A stretch of DNA of 63,452 nt, the filler included, from Octopus bimaculoides (taxonomy: Eukaryota), in NCBI RefSeq assembly GCF_001194135.2. It is 5 parts of 5 records of this genome, joined end to end, with 100 filler letters (N's around TTAATTAATTAA, not from the genome) between each part and the next. Parts side by side here need not be neighbours in the genome. Positions count along the whole stretch, not along the records: positions 8,458 to 35,505 come from NC_068988.1; positions 35,606 to 56,376 come from NC_068985.1; 3 more parts are not named here. One strand, 5' to 3'. The notes beneath the pieces were generated by a model. The model ran no database searches. It was not told the origin of the DNA and saw nothing but the letters and a program-made list of their open reading frames with translations. Below are positions 33,885 through 46,290 of the stretch, piece by piece. How positions within the stretch are numbered: position 1 is the stretch's first letter; each line of letters opens with the position of its first letter. A program made the translations under genes and the position numbers.

Positions 33885-34748
33885 GGTCTGATCAATAAGT
33901 ATCTGAACTTTTGCCACAATAACGAGGCTAATGCATGGAAAGTGATACCGCTTGGCACAAATTGACCTTGAATGCTGCTGTGTATTCGCATTAAGTCTTA
34001 ATGTTCTAGCACACTTCCGCTGTTTACAGCAGTGCTTGCAAGGAAGGTTTGTAGCGTGTGATCGTAGTATTGACCCTGACAGTGAAGGCTGAGTAGAGAA
34101 TCTGCATCAAATTTTTCCAAAAACTTGGCGATACCTGCTCAAGGACCATCACAAAGTAGTCAAAAAGTTTTCATCGTTCTCGACACAATCAAGGAGATCT
34201 TGTGTAACTGAAACTTGTGTTTGTTTTTAGGCAGCTGAAAACGGTTTTGGGCTCAAATTTGGTAGGCATGCATCCCATACAAATCTTCAGTGATAACGGA
34301 CAGTACTGAACCGTAACTGATCTACACATCCCCTGGTAAATCACGGATGGTGAATCGACGATTTCCCTTCACAGCTGCACGCACATCTGCAATATCATTC
34401 TCAGCTCTCCTGGTTGCGGGTCTCCCAAAACGCACGGCACAATCGTCATTTGGAAACGTCTGCACCACTTGTATCCTTGTGTGCGGCTCATGCACTACTC
34501 TCCATACACTTTCTGTAACTTTGCGTAGGCCTCTGAGCAACGTTCTCTGTCAAGGTGAATGTGACGATCACACTCTCCACACCTTCCTCCCAAGCACTGC
34601 TGTAAATAGTAGAAGTGAGCTGGAACGTTAAAACTTAGTGAGCATGCACAACAACGTCCAAGATCAATCTGTACCAAGCGGCTTTACTCTGCGTGCTTTA
34701 GCGTCGTTGCAATAGTAACAATGCGAATACTTATTGATCAGATCCCGA
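33885..34748. mobile_element. Mariner-derived composite: two 5' ends facing each other
   Basis: TIR-like ggtctgatcaataagtatc (~33890) and its reverse complement gaatacttattgatcagatcc (~34725-34748). The minus part 34560-34150 encodes EAYAKLQKVYGE...GRP...NDIADVRAAVKGNRRFTIR...ISYGSV...EDL...QDLLDCVENDENFL. The plus part ~34070-34150 encodes RICIKFFQKLGDTC. Confidence 0.8.
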
Positions 34749-35441
34749 ATAGCAGGAACGTTCTGCAGTGAAGATGCAGAAAATAAACGTTATTATAAAT
34801 GTCGTTATGGATAGGTCCAGCAAACATATATAAACTGACACATAAAACATATAAATACATATGTATTCATACGCTCATAAACAGATAGATTAATCTTCCG
34901 TCAGGTTTAATTTAATAGAAGTATTATACTCTCAACGGAGAAGAATGAATGTGTTTATGTCATACTTTACAAATTCTACGCTAACGATCATTCAAGATGC
35001 GTGCTTCATAAATGCTACATTTCTGATTATCTTTGTAGGGAAATATTTTCAAAGATTTTCAATGCAGTTGCTCATAATTTCATACACATAGTATACGCGA
35101 GAATACATGGCTTACTTTGCAGCAAATTAATATTAAAGATTTCTCTGTATGTATGTGTGTATGCATGTATGTATGCGTTGTATTCATATAATCTTTTATA
35201 TATGATAGTATGTATTTACGTTTCCATGCATCTGTATACCGATCTGTCAATTGGTCAATCTATGAATGAGTGCACCCCCCCCACACACACACATACACAC
35301 ACACATAAATGCATGGACACACACACACACACAAGCACAAACACACAATATAAGCTTATATATGTATAAGTATATCTACATATACAAACATATGTTTATA
35401 TATGTATGTATATGCATATATATATATGTGTGCGTGTGTGC

Positions 35442-35505
<64 letters not shown>

Positions 35506-35605
35506 NNNNNNNNNNNNNNNNNNNNNNNNNNNNNNNNNNNNNNNNNNNNTTAATTAATTAANNNNNNNNNNNNNNNNNNNNNNNNNNNNNNNNNNNNNNN
35601 NNNNN
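35506..35605. other. Artificial scaffold-joining linker
   Basis: N44-TTAATTAATTAA-N44. Confidence 0.9.
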
Positions 35606-35753
35606 GTGCTTAACTGGTACTTATTTTATCGACCCGTCCACCTGCACAAAAGTACCATTATATATGTTCTACAAGAATCCTAAGGAAGTCTTGAGATTTG
35701 AAGAGAGTTGTTGTCGTTAAGCATCAAGAGTGAATACTTGTTAAATTAGCATT

Positions 35754-35800
<47 letters not shown>

Positions 35801-35811
35801 ATTATTATTAT

Positions 35812-36015
35812 TTCAAAGTTTGGCACAAGGTTAGCAATTTATGGGAATGGGAGTAAGTCAGTTACATCGACTTCAGGGCTCAACTGGTACGTAATTTATC
35901 GAGACCCCGAAGGATGAACGGCAAAGTTGACGTCAGTGGCATTTGAACTCAGACGGTAAAGAAATGCCTCTAAGCATTTTGTCCGGCGCGGTAGCGATTC
36001 TGCTATCTCGCCGCC

Positions 36016-36016
<1 letters not shown>
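35812..36016 (-). mobile_element. SINE family A copy
   Basis: ttcaaagtttggcacaagg...ggcaaagttgacgtcagtggcatttgaactcagacgg...aagcattttgtccggcgcggtagcgattctgctatctcgccgcctt. Confidence 0.75.
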
Positions 36017-36104
<88 letters not shown>

Positions 36105-36316
36105 CCTTTCTACTATAAGCACAAGGTTTGAAATTTTGGGGAAGGGGGCCAATCGATTAGATCGACCCCAGTACACAGCTGGTACTTAATTTATCGACCC
36201 GAAAGGATGAAAGACAAAGTCGACCTCGGCGGAATTTGAACTCAGAACGTGGAAACGAATGAAATATCACTAAGTATTTCGCCCGGTGTGCTAACGATTT
36301 TGTCATCTCGCCTCCT
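36105..36316 (-). mobile_element. SINE family A copy
   Basis: tcgaccccagtacacagctggtacttaatttatcgacccgaaaggatgaaagacaaagtcgacctcggcggaatttgaactcagaacg; flanked by (TAA)n on both sides. Confidence 0.85.
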
Positions 36317-36326
36317 TAATAATAAT

Positions 36327-36389
<63 letters not shown>

Positions 36390-36406
36390 CATAATAATAA
36401 TAATAA

Positions 36407-36960
36407 TAAATGCCCTGATGCAGTACCAGGCAGTGGCTCTCATAGCTTCTCATCTTAACTGATTGGAAGTATTATAACGTATATTGTTTTGTCTTTGTAT
36501 AAAAGACGGGCTACAGCAAATATTCTGCTCAATACCACAGATTTGCTTGCCAGTTGTTTGACCTTCACCAGTTGAGCATGTCCCTTAGTGACTGACGATA
36601 TGTGCATCTCTGATCACGAGCAGAAGTAGTGGGGAAGCATCATAAACACGTATTGCGAGTAATTCTTTGGGACTTGGATAATTCACCTCTGGAAACATGG
36701 GTGTTTCTTTCGACATCCTGAAACGACCCTCATTCAGGGACCTTTTGAGCGGGATGGGCTACTCGACCTGAAGAAAATTCTAACTGGGACCCACCTGCAA
36801 AGTCATGCGCTGTTTATCTTGATATGAGATCACCATGTCGCGCACATATGGTTGTGATGCATGTGCCTGGTGTACCCTTATCAGACAGTCATGGTAGGTA
36901 TGCTGGGCTTCATTTATTTTACCCCAGTTTCATTTTGATGGCGTGCACTGCTCTGAATCA
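36407..36960 (+). mobile_element. ~550-bp (TAA)n-associated element, most complete copy (F)
   Basis: Runs from aaatgccctgatgcagtaccaggcagtggctctc to gatggcgtgcactgctctg. (TAA)n lies at 36317-36408 and 36975-37045. No ORF and no recognisable tRNA head. Confidence 0.85.
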
Positions 36961-36992
36961 ATGATGATGATGATGATAATAATAAAAAATAT

Positions 36993-37044
<52 letters not shown>

Positions 37045-37599
37045 GTAATAAAGAAACAAAAAGAAGAGTGCGACTGTTATCAGATGAACAATATTTCGAC
37101 ATCTCGTGTATCTTCCACAGGTTCAAAAATAAACTTGTCAATCTACTTAATTTTGTTAACCCGCTGGTAATCATTTGTTAACCCGTTACATTATGAAGAC
37201 AGTAACTAAATTACTTATTGAAGTGGCTTTATGTGCGTACAGTGCAAAACACGCAAATACACATATGTGCAAACTCACATATTCAAACAAACAGAGATAC
37301 TCACACACACTTATGAATATAATTATGTATCTTATGTATAAATGGTAATTTTTGTCTGTTTGTTACCATTATAATGCCTAAACCAGCAAACCAATATTCA
37401 CGAAACTTTGCTTACGTGTTACACTAACGTCTAGTTCAGTGATAGGATTTCAATAATAATTTGATTTCAATAAAGATCTATAATGTGCACCTCCCCACCA
37501 GCGGGGTTGGGCGAATCATATAAAATGAGAAGGGTGCAAAAAGCATCAGTCGGAGGGAAACGCAGTAGCAGAGTGTGTCTGCGTGTGTATGTATATATG

Positions 37600-37825
37600 T
37601 ATATGCATGTGTGTGTTTATGTTTGTGTGTCTGTTTCTGTCCCCTAACATCGCATGACAACAGATGCTGGTGTGTTTACGTCCTCGTATATTAGCGGTTC
37701 GGCATAATAGAGCGATAGAAGTACTAGGCTTCCAAAGAATAAGTTCTGGGGTCGATTTGCTCGACTAAAGGCGGTGCTCCAGCATGGCCGCAGTCAAATG
37801 ACTGAAATATGGAAAAGAGTAAAAG
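37600..37825 (+). mobile_element. SINE family B, 3' half
   Basis: gtgtttacgtcctcgtatattagcggttcggc...gtcgatttgctcgactaaaggcggtgctccagcatggccgcagtcaaatgactgaaa is almost identical to 49165-49300. Confidence 0.85.
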
Positions 37826-38197
37826 AGTATATATATACTCGCCAATGCTTAATGCGAACAAGTACAGATATACAATCGACTTTTATACGCACAAGGGTTC
37901 ATAGACTAGTATCTCGCCGACAATGCATACACACACACACACACACACACACATACAAACGCGCGCACACGTACAAGCACACACACACACACATACACAC
38001 AACATACGCAGCCATATTCAACAAGCGCAGAAAGGAACGAAGCAAATATGATAAGACAGACATGTGGTTCAAATTTCCTGATCCTTAATTATAAATATGA
38101 CGCCGGCTCTATGACAAACCTTAAGCTTTGCTGTCAAAATGCATTCTCGAAACGTTATGAAACGTCCTACCTGTTGACCTTCGTTTATGTGCTAAAA

Positions 38198-38198
<1 letters not shown>

Positions 38199-38286
<88 letters not shown>
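38199..38286. repeat. (CA)n microsatellite
   Basis: Direct reading. Confidence 0.95.
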
Positions 38287-38288
<2 letters not shown>

Positions 38289-38741
38289 AGGCAAATGTTC
38301 AATGAACCTTTCTTTGATTGCCAGCAGCACTCCCTGTGCTTGTTAACTCAATGTTGTCCGTTAAGTCAGGATCTGCCAATCTTTTGACCAGAACGTGCCT
38401 TTGGGTTTAGAGTTGATTGGGATTATATTAAGTGCCAAATTAACTTCCATTCTACGTCTCTTTATATTGTATACATCACTTGAAGTAATTCTAAATGATT
38501 AGCGCTCTCTTTTGCTCCCAGTAGCTAATTAAGAGCCTTTTCGTTTATTTCATTGAAAATGGCTGAATTTGTTGGCTGCTAAAACAGTACCGATAGCTAT
38601 TTTCCGTTTCACGTTTGTTCTCATTCTCTTTATTACATACAAAGTTCGGTATGATCATTTAAATCTCCCTATATATAATGTACGTACGTGTGTACATATG
38701 CATGTATGTATATATATTTTTGTATCAATATATGTATGTGT

Positions 38742-38965
38742 AAGGGCGGTGAGCTGACAAAATCGTTAGCACGCCGGGCGAAATGCTGAGCGGTATTTCG
38801 TCTGCCGCTACGTTCTGATTTCAAATTCCGCCGAGGTCGACTTTGCCTTTCATCCTTTCGGGGTCGATTAAATAAGTACCAGTTACGCACTGGAGTCGAT
38901 GTAATCGAATTAACCCCTTTTTTCTGTCCTTGTTTGTCCCATCTATGTTTAGTCGCCTGTGGGAC
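38742..38965 (+). mobile_element. SINE family A, near-complete copy
   Basis: aagggcggtgagctgacaaaatcgttagcacgccgggcgaaatg...gttctgatttcaaattccgccgaggtcgactttgcctttcatcc.... The head has a B-box-like gtt(c)aaattcc; at least 8 related copies occur in the window. Confidence 0.85.
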
Positions 38966-39304
38966 AATAAAGAAATAAATATATGTGTACATTATGACGC
39001 ACGTATACACGAATATGTGTGTATATATACATATATATATATATANNNNNNNNNNNNNNNNNNNNNNNNNNNNNNNNNNNNNNNNNNNNNNNNNNNNNNN
39101 NNNNNNNNNNNNNNNNNNNNNNNNNNNNNNNNNNNNNNNNNNNNNNNNNNNNNNNNNNNNNNNNNNNNNNNNNNNNNNNNNNNNNNNNNNNNNNNNNNNN
39201 NNNNNNNNNNNNNNNNNNNNNNNNNNNNNNNNNNNNNNNNNNNNNNNNNNNNNNNNNNNNNNNNNNNNCTGAAAACTTGGCTTTGTTATCTCATTTTGTC
39301 TAAT

Positions 39305-39344
<40 letters not shown>

Positions 39345-40205
39345 GGCGCGATTTTAGTTTAGGAAGCAAGGAAACGGGAATAAATACCGTAGGCATTTCG
39401 TCAATGCACTCATGCTTTCTTAGTGAATATCTGTTAGTATATACGCGCTCACAATCTCTCTCACATAGACACAAATACATACACACATTCACAAACATAC
39501 ACATTCACATACGCATACATCAAGTACTAAACCACCCGAAGCTGTGGCATCTGTACCAGGATATATCTGACAGTCAACGACCTACAATCCACAGCTTACA
39601 GCAAAAGATTAATTAAACAGTTACGCAACTGTTAAGAAAGATCAGTGGTTATAATCTGTTACTAGCTACAAACATTAAATACAATAGAAAAATATTAACA
39701 GACAATATGATACATGTTTGTTTTTAAATTTTCATGCTCTATATGGAGTCAGTAATAATTCCTGGAGAAACTCGACTCACTTCCATACGTTTTTTAACGT
39801 ATTCTTCGTATATCATTACATATATTTGCCTACGCTTTGAGACCAGTTTATTTAAGTGTATTTAAATTATTATGTGTAAGTAAATGGGTGTGTATAGATT
39901 TGTATCTTTTCTTACTCTGTATGCGAATGAGTACACAGTGGTTTCGTAAAAAAAACATGAAAAGAATAATCTACGTCTACATATGTCAAGCTATATTTGC
40001 ACCACACGCACGTACATACATACACTCGTTTGAAAATGCATGTGTATACGTGTGTGTGTGTGTGAGTATGTGTATGGCTGTGTGTGTATGTTTGTGTGTG
40101 TGTGTGCATGTATGTGTGGGCTTGTATGTGTGTGTGTATAGATAGATGGAAATAAACGTAGATAGATACGCACATATATACAGATAATACATACATAAAT
40201 ACATA

Positions 40206-40270
<65 letters not shown>

Positions 40271-41006
40271 GCATACATAGATATGTATTTGTATGTATAA
40301 TAAATAAACATGTACACACATACACACACACAAACATGCACACATACACTCTCTCACACACACATATGTTGTGATACAAAGCACTGTTTGAATATTTGGG
40401 TTTTATGGGTATTACGTGTACATGTGCGTAAATATGTATGCATTAAACAGATTTGTAAACAAGTCAATGTGTGTTTGTCTTAGCATATATTTCAATACGA
40501 ATCTGTAAAATAATCTGAGGGAACCGATCGAGAGATGGTCCCATGTGTGATAAGGAGAGTGCTGTCAGGTTTAGGAAATAAATCTGAGATATGAATTTTC
40601 TGGAAGTCATTGCAAAGACGAATGATAAAGAACAGTATTCGGTGCAAAGCGTGGGAAACACCGCGATAGCAGCTTTGTGACACGATGTAACAATACATTC
40701 CGACAAGCGCAGTATATTGTTTTGACTTTTTTGCATGTGAATTGATGAAAGAAATGATACTTCGTTTTTAAATTGTCTCAACTGAATTTTAAAAATTATC
40801 ATTTTTAATTAATAAATTAATTAATCTATTTTTACGTTGATCAAATGAATAGGATCTGCGTTTCACCTTGAGCATTCAAATCCTGAAGTTTTAGAGGTGC
40901 CGTTGTTATATACAGCGTCCCTTGGGTATTTTGAATCTTGTCGTAGTCCGTTTCTCTCCGTGTTTAATCTCAACGAAAGAGAGAAAGAAAGAGATTGAGA
41001 GAGAGG

Positions 41007-41062
<56 letters not shown>

Positions 41063-42338
41063 TTGGCGCCAATAAGGATTGGAACTTTATTTGTCAATCC
41101 CAAATGAATGGAAGTTAAAGTTAACCTCAGTAGGGTTTGAACTTCTTACGCAGTGATTTGAAATAATACTGCAAATCATTCTATCTGATGCTGTAAGAGC
41201 TCTGCCAGTTCGCCACTTTGTGTGGCACATTAACAGAATTGTTAAACATAGGGTGTCTAACTAATAATGCCGTGAATACATTAATGAGTTGGACATACGA
41301 TTGTTAGGCTTAGTTTCGATTCTCGAACCGATTGGCATATTGTTCATCGAGCAGAGTTCTTTCAGTCCACTGAACTAAAAATGAACGCCAAATGTAGCTG
41401 ATACAATCCTGCGACGGATTGGTTTCCTGAGCAGGGACGGGATGTTAGTCTTGTATTCTTGAGGACAAACAATTATGGATGGCAGTAATTCATATATATG
41501 ATATGTTGTATAAACCTACTCAAATAACAAGATGAAAATATTCTTTACGGCTGTTCCTAGTCTTGGTTTTAAAGACATATTCCACTGCAATCTGAAGCGT
41601 CTTTAATTTGTAAAATTTTCGATTAGCATATATTATCGGAGATTTACTTTTATCTCTTAGTTAGGAGGGAATGTAGTGTTTATAACACGTTACAAGATCT
41701 TCGAGAGTAGTAAAAGGAAGAAGGGAGGAATGTACCCACAAATCGGAAACATGGCCTGAACGCTTACAACAAAGAGGAATGAACACAGCCAAGGTGCTAG
41801 CGATTGGCATCAAACCGGCCGACAGGTTACGTCAGTCACCCAACTTGGCCACGGTGTGTTTGAACACAGAACGTAAAGAACCGGAACAAATATCGCAAAA
41901 TAACCTCACGTGTGCCTGTGGTCATATTTTTGATGATGCTTGTATGAGTGTGTGTACTTGCACCATGCAGCCTGCCCGAATGCGTTTATACATTCATATC
42001 TATTAACAGCTACTTTCAATACTTTTCTCGCTGGATTACGTGTTCGTTTCTCTTTTTGTCATGTGCAATTACATTTTTGATCTATGTAAATGAAGATATT
42101 TCCTCCGTCTGGCTATTTTTCTCTCTACAAAACGGAAAGTTACATTGTGGAACAATCATTTTAACGAGTTGTTTTTATTTATTTATCACCCGACGAGATA
42201 CATCTGCACCACCGGGTGCTCCTGAACGAGATGTCGAGTGCCCCACCCAAGAGAAATCAATGCTAGATGTGTCGAAGCAATTGTCGTGCCTAATAATAAA
42301 TAAATTCTCGTATATTCCATCTTCTGTCATTCATTTGT

Positions 42339-42407
<69 letters not shown>

Positions 42408-42419
42408 TGTGTGTCTTGC

Positions 42420-42810
42420 TCAAGAAAACGAGGCGTTGCCGAGAATTGAATTCACGACCTTGCGATCGTGACACTTTGGCGAGTATCTTGCTACTATAAT
42501 TTCGGGCCGATCAAAGCCTTGTGAGTAGATTTAGTAGACGAGAGTGGAAGATGCCTGTCCTATACATACATGTATGTATTTGTGCGTGTGTGTGTGTGTG
42601 TGTGTCTTCCACCACTTGATAACAAGTGTTTGTGTGTTTACGTCCCCGCAACTTAGCGGTTCGGCAAAAGTGACTTTAGAATAGTGCCAAGCTTTAAACA
42701 GATAAGTACTGGTGGTCGATTCATTAGACTAAAAATACTTCAAGGCACTGCCCCAACATGGCCGCAGCAGTCTAATGACTGAAACAATTAAAAGATAAAA
42801 GATAGAAGAT
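42420..42810 (+). mobile_element. SINE family B copy
   Basis: gagaattgaattcacgacc...gacactttggcgagtatcttgctactataatttcgggccgatcaaagccttgtgag...cttagcggttcggcaaaag...catggccgcagcagtctaatgactgaaac. Confidence 0.7.
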
Positions 42811-43674
42811 TTCATGAGGTCACTGATATTATTCCACTCTAATTGTGTCGGGAATCAGGTCGCAACAATGTAAATGAAATTATGATACCTGAAGAAATAA
42901 ATTGAAATTAAAAGTGAATTTACATCTTTTGAAATAGATTGCTGATAAAATATTCTTTTAAAAATGCTAGCTTGTCTAAATACAGATTTTTGAATTCCCG
43001 ATTCTTGGACGAATAGCAGCGTTTAAAGTTAGACATCTTCTAAACTGTAACCGATCATTTACTGCTATGAAAAAATAATTATATATCCATTATTCATCAA
43101 GCAAATAATTATCGGTGACAAATTCTTTTTCTTTCATTAGTCCCAGTAATTTCAGAAAATTTTATCGTTATGCACTTTATTGATTAAAAATTCTGTATAA
43201 AAGTAGGCAACGTAGTGTGTATAAGAATAACCAACGAAGTCCTATTAAGTATGAGCTAGTTACAGGGGGAAAAAAAAATGAAACTCTAAATAGAGCGTGA
43301 TTTGAACACCTTCATTGGTCTACTCATAAATGACATGAGCGAAACAACAACTACAGTATACGGCTAGATAAATATTGTTAGTAGATGGCTTTACTCCGAG
43401 CTGTACCTAGAATCGGTGACAGAACACGAACTACCGATCTGGTTACACTCTGTATTATCGAATCGTTCAGCTTGAAAGGAAAGATCAGAATAGCTCATCG
43501 TGAATTTATTTTTGTTCTCTATCATGAAGATTAACACAGTCATAGAGGAACTAACTTCTCATACCTGTTAGAACTTCGGACCAACTTATTTAACATTTCA
43601 ATAATGATTGTTACTAAGTTTTCATTATATATATTAAGTTAAGGCGGCGAGCTGGTGGAAACGTTAGCACGCCG

Positions 43675-44840
43675 ATTTTTGAAGTTGTGTTGGTGATTTG
43701 GTTGAGAGAGAGCGTTGTGTTGCGAGCGGTGAGTTTGAGTTTTGAGACTGTTGCTGAAATTTATTGAAATTATTTATTGTTGAATTGTGTTGAATTTGTT
43801 TCTTACCCATTGTTGGGGATGGAATTTGGCAGCTACGCTGCGGCAGCAGGCAAAAGCCTGTCAGCCGACATGCTGCAATTGAAAAGAAATACAAATAGAT
43901 GGAAATTTTTTTTTTAAATTCAACGAACTGTTGAAGAAGGAGGGAGATTGCCTTCGATTGACACCGCCATTTCACGCAGTACAAAGGGCCGAAAGGAAAG
44001 CAAATTGTGTATAGAACTCTAAACGTGGAGACCAAGAGAGTCGAAATGGCTGAAATAGAAGCAATAGAAGAGTGTCTACAAGAGGTCAAGGAAGTGACCA
44101 CATTTTATGCAAGAGGAAGGAAGTACGGCACAGTGGAGGTGCGCTTCGTGAGCGAGGAGGAAGCAAAAAGGCACTCCACTGTGTCTTTGAGAACAGCAAA
44201 GTAGGCACTCTTGCCGACCTATTGGGGGAGACGTGCCGCAAGAGTGAGGATAAGGAGAGTGCTCCCGGAGATAGAGGAGACATGGCTGGTGGCAGCCATT
44301 CTCTACAACTGCGAGGGTGAAGTGGAGGTGTTAAAAGAAGAAAAGTCGAGAGAAATCAGCTGGAGGGGTTATGGTCTGGAAGTTATTATTCACATAACCC
44401 TACTAGATCTACATAAGATTGTGGAAGAAATGGTGCTCCCCGATGAGACCCGACTGAGTGTCGTGGTGGAGGGGAGACCGCCAATATGCTATAACTGCAG
44501 AGGTAGGGGACACATGCAAGCAAGGTGTTCCCATAAACAAGTGCAGATAGAGGTAGAAGCAGAGGTGGAGGAGGAAAAGAAGGAGGAGGAAACAGCGGCC
44601 GATAGAAAAAGAACGAGAGTAGAGTCGCCACGAAAAAGCCTAAAGAAAAGAAAGGCGGAGAAAGAGAAAAAGAAAAAAAGTAGCAGAGGAAAAAGAAAAT
44701 ATGGAGAATCGAACCCAAGAACCAGAGCCAACAATAAGTAGGGAAAGGGAAAGATAAGAACAAATAGCGAAAGAGGCGAAAATTGAGGAGTGGAAGGTGT
44801 GAGTAAGAAGGCAATTAGAATATGTATCTCAAACTAGTCA
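43675..44840 (+). mobile_element. ORF1-only (gag-like) retroelement inserted in a family A SINE
   Basis: The flanks cacgccg (ends 43674) and gacaaatg (starts 44841) rejoin into the SINE variant gccggacaaaatg seen on the minus strand at ~35980. The insert holds a single decayed ORF and no RT. Confidence 0.65.
43819..44741 (+). pseudogene. LINE ORF1-like protein with CCHC zinc knuckle and basic tail (one frameshift, one stop)
   Basis: MEFGSYAAAAGKSL...; frameshift at poly-T ~43905; TAG at 44202 in a KW/*ALLPTYW context; VVEGRPPICYNCRGRGHMQARC (CX2CX4HX4C); lysine/arginine-rich C-terminus. The layout resembles L1/Tx1-type ORF1 (inference). Confidence 0.8.
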
Positions 44841-45629
44841 GACAAATGTTCCGCGAGTTTGAAAGATTTTGCGAACAGGAAGCCTGTGTACTGGGGTCGA
44901 TCTAATCGACTGGCTCCGTTCCTTTTGTCCTGTTATGTTAACGATTCTGCCAGCTCACCACGTTTTAGTTAAATCTAAAATATTAGCTACTATAAAACAC
45001 CTTCACAAGGTACAACTTTCTGGAAACAGTTACCCTTTATACTGACACTAAGAACTTCCTCTCTCTCTCTCTCTATCTCTTTCTCTCTCTATCTCTTTCT
45101 CTCTCTATCTCTTTCTCTCTCGATTGGTTGATTGATTGATTGATTGATTGATTGATTCATCGATTTATTAATTTACTGGTTTCAAAGTCACAACCGCTTT
45201 TAAAGTAAAAGAAAAAAAAGAAATTAAAAGGAAAACACGATCTTCATGAATTTCTTTAAGTTTGTAATTATTTTCCATCAGTAAAAAACGTCTCCCTTCC
45301 TAAAATGTCTGACTAATATATATCTCTGTGTATGTCATGCAGAAGATTTCTAAACAGAATGAAACAGTGCTATACAGGATGAACAATGACGAGAAATTCT
45401 AAGAAATTCGCATTAAAAATTCGAAATTCAAATTCCACCAGATTCTCTGAATATATGTGTTTATGTCTATAGCATGGTATAAACATTTATGCAAACATCC
45501 GTTCATGGTTCTATATTTAGAATTGTATATACATTCCTTCATACATTTCCTCTCTGATGATGAAGAAAGCGAGAGGTCGACAGGAACTGAGAGGGATTAT
45601 ACACACATACACACACGCGCGCACGCACA

Positions 45630-45674
<45 letters not shown>

Positions 45675-45764
45675 ACATATATAAGCATAGAAGGAAAAAT
45701 AAAAGAAACGAGAGGCGGAGAAGAATTACAAGATGAGGAAGATTACTTAGAATAAAGAATATAC

Positions 45765-45965
45765 GGTGAAGAAGAAGAATGAGAAGAAGAATGGGAAGAA
45801 GAACGAGAAGAAGAAGAAGAATGATAAGAAGAAGGAGAAGAAGAAGAAGAAGAAGAATGAGAAGAAGGAGAAGAAGAAGAAGAAGAAGAAATGAGAAGAA
45901 GAAGAAATGAGAAGAAGAATGGGAAGAAGAGGAAGCAGAAGAAGAATGGGAAGAAGAAGAAGAAG

Positions 45966-45997
<32 letters not shown>

Positions 45998-46290
45998 GAA
46001 GAAGAATGAGAAGAAGAACGAGAAGAAGAAGAAGAAGAAGAAGAAGAATGAGAAGAAGAACGAGAAGAAGAAGAAGACGAAGAAGAAGAAGAAGAAGAAT
46101 GAGAAGAAGAAGAATGAGAAGAAAAACGAGAAGAAGAAAAAGAAGAAGAAGAAGAAGAAGAAGAAGAATGAGAAGAAGAAAAAGAAGAAGAAGAAGAAGA
46201 AGAAGAAGAAGAAGAAAAAGAAGGAGAAGAAGAAGAAGGAGAAGAAGAAGAAGAAGAAGGAGAAGAAGAAGAAGATGATGACGATGATGA
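45765..46290. repeat. ~525-bp imperfect (GAA)n polypurine tract
   Basis: Direct reading; a second (GAA)n/(CAA)n run lies at 46497-46580. Confidence 0.95.

Noticed and set aside
36407-36960. Possible CRISPR-like array from the recurring 550-bp element and subrepeats, or a hammerhead at its ctgacga
   Set aside because: The context is eukaryotic, with no constant repeat-spacer period and no cas genes. The ctgacga is not followed by stem II and GAAA.
39781-39830. Minus-strand GAA|gtgagt donor with the peptide QIYVMIYEEYVKKRME
   Set aside because: The acceptor is poor and the peptide has no similarity to the expected upstream cyclase exon.
40464-40802. 112-aa minus-strand ORF
   Set aside because: No domain motif and no strong splice or start context.
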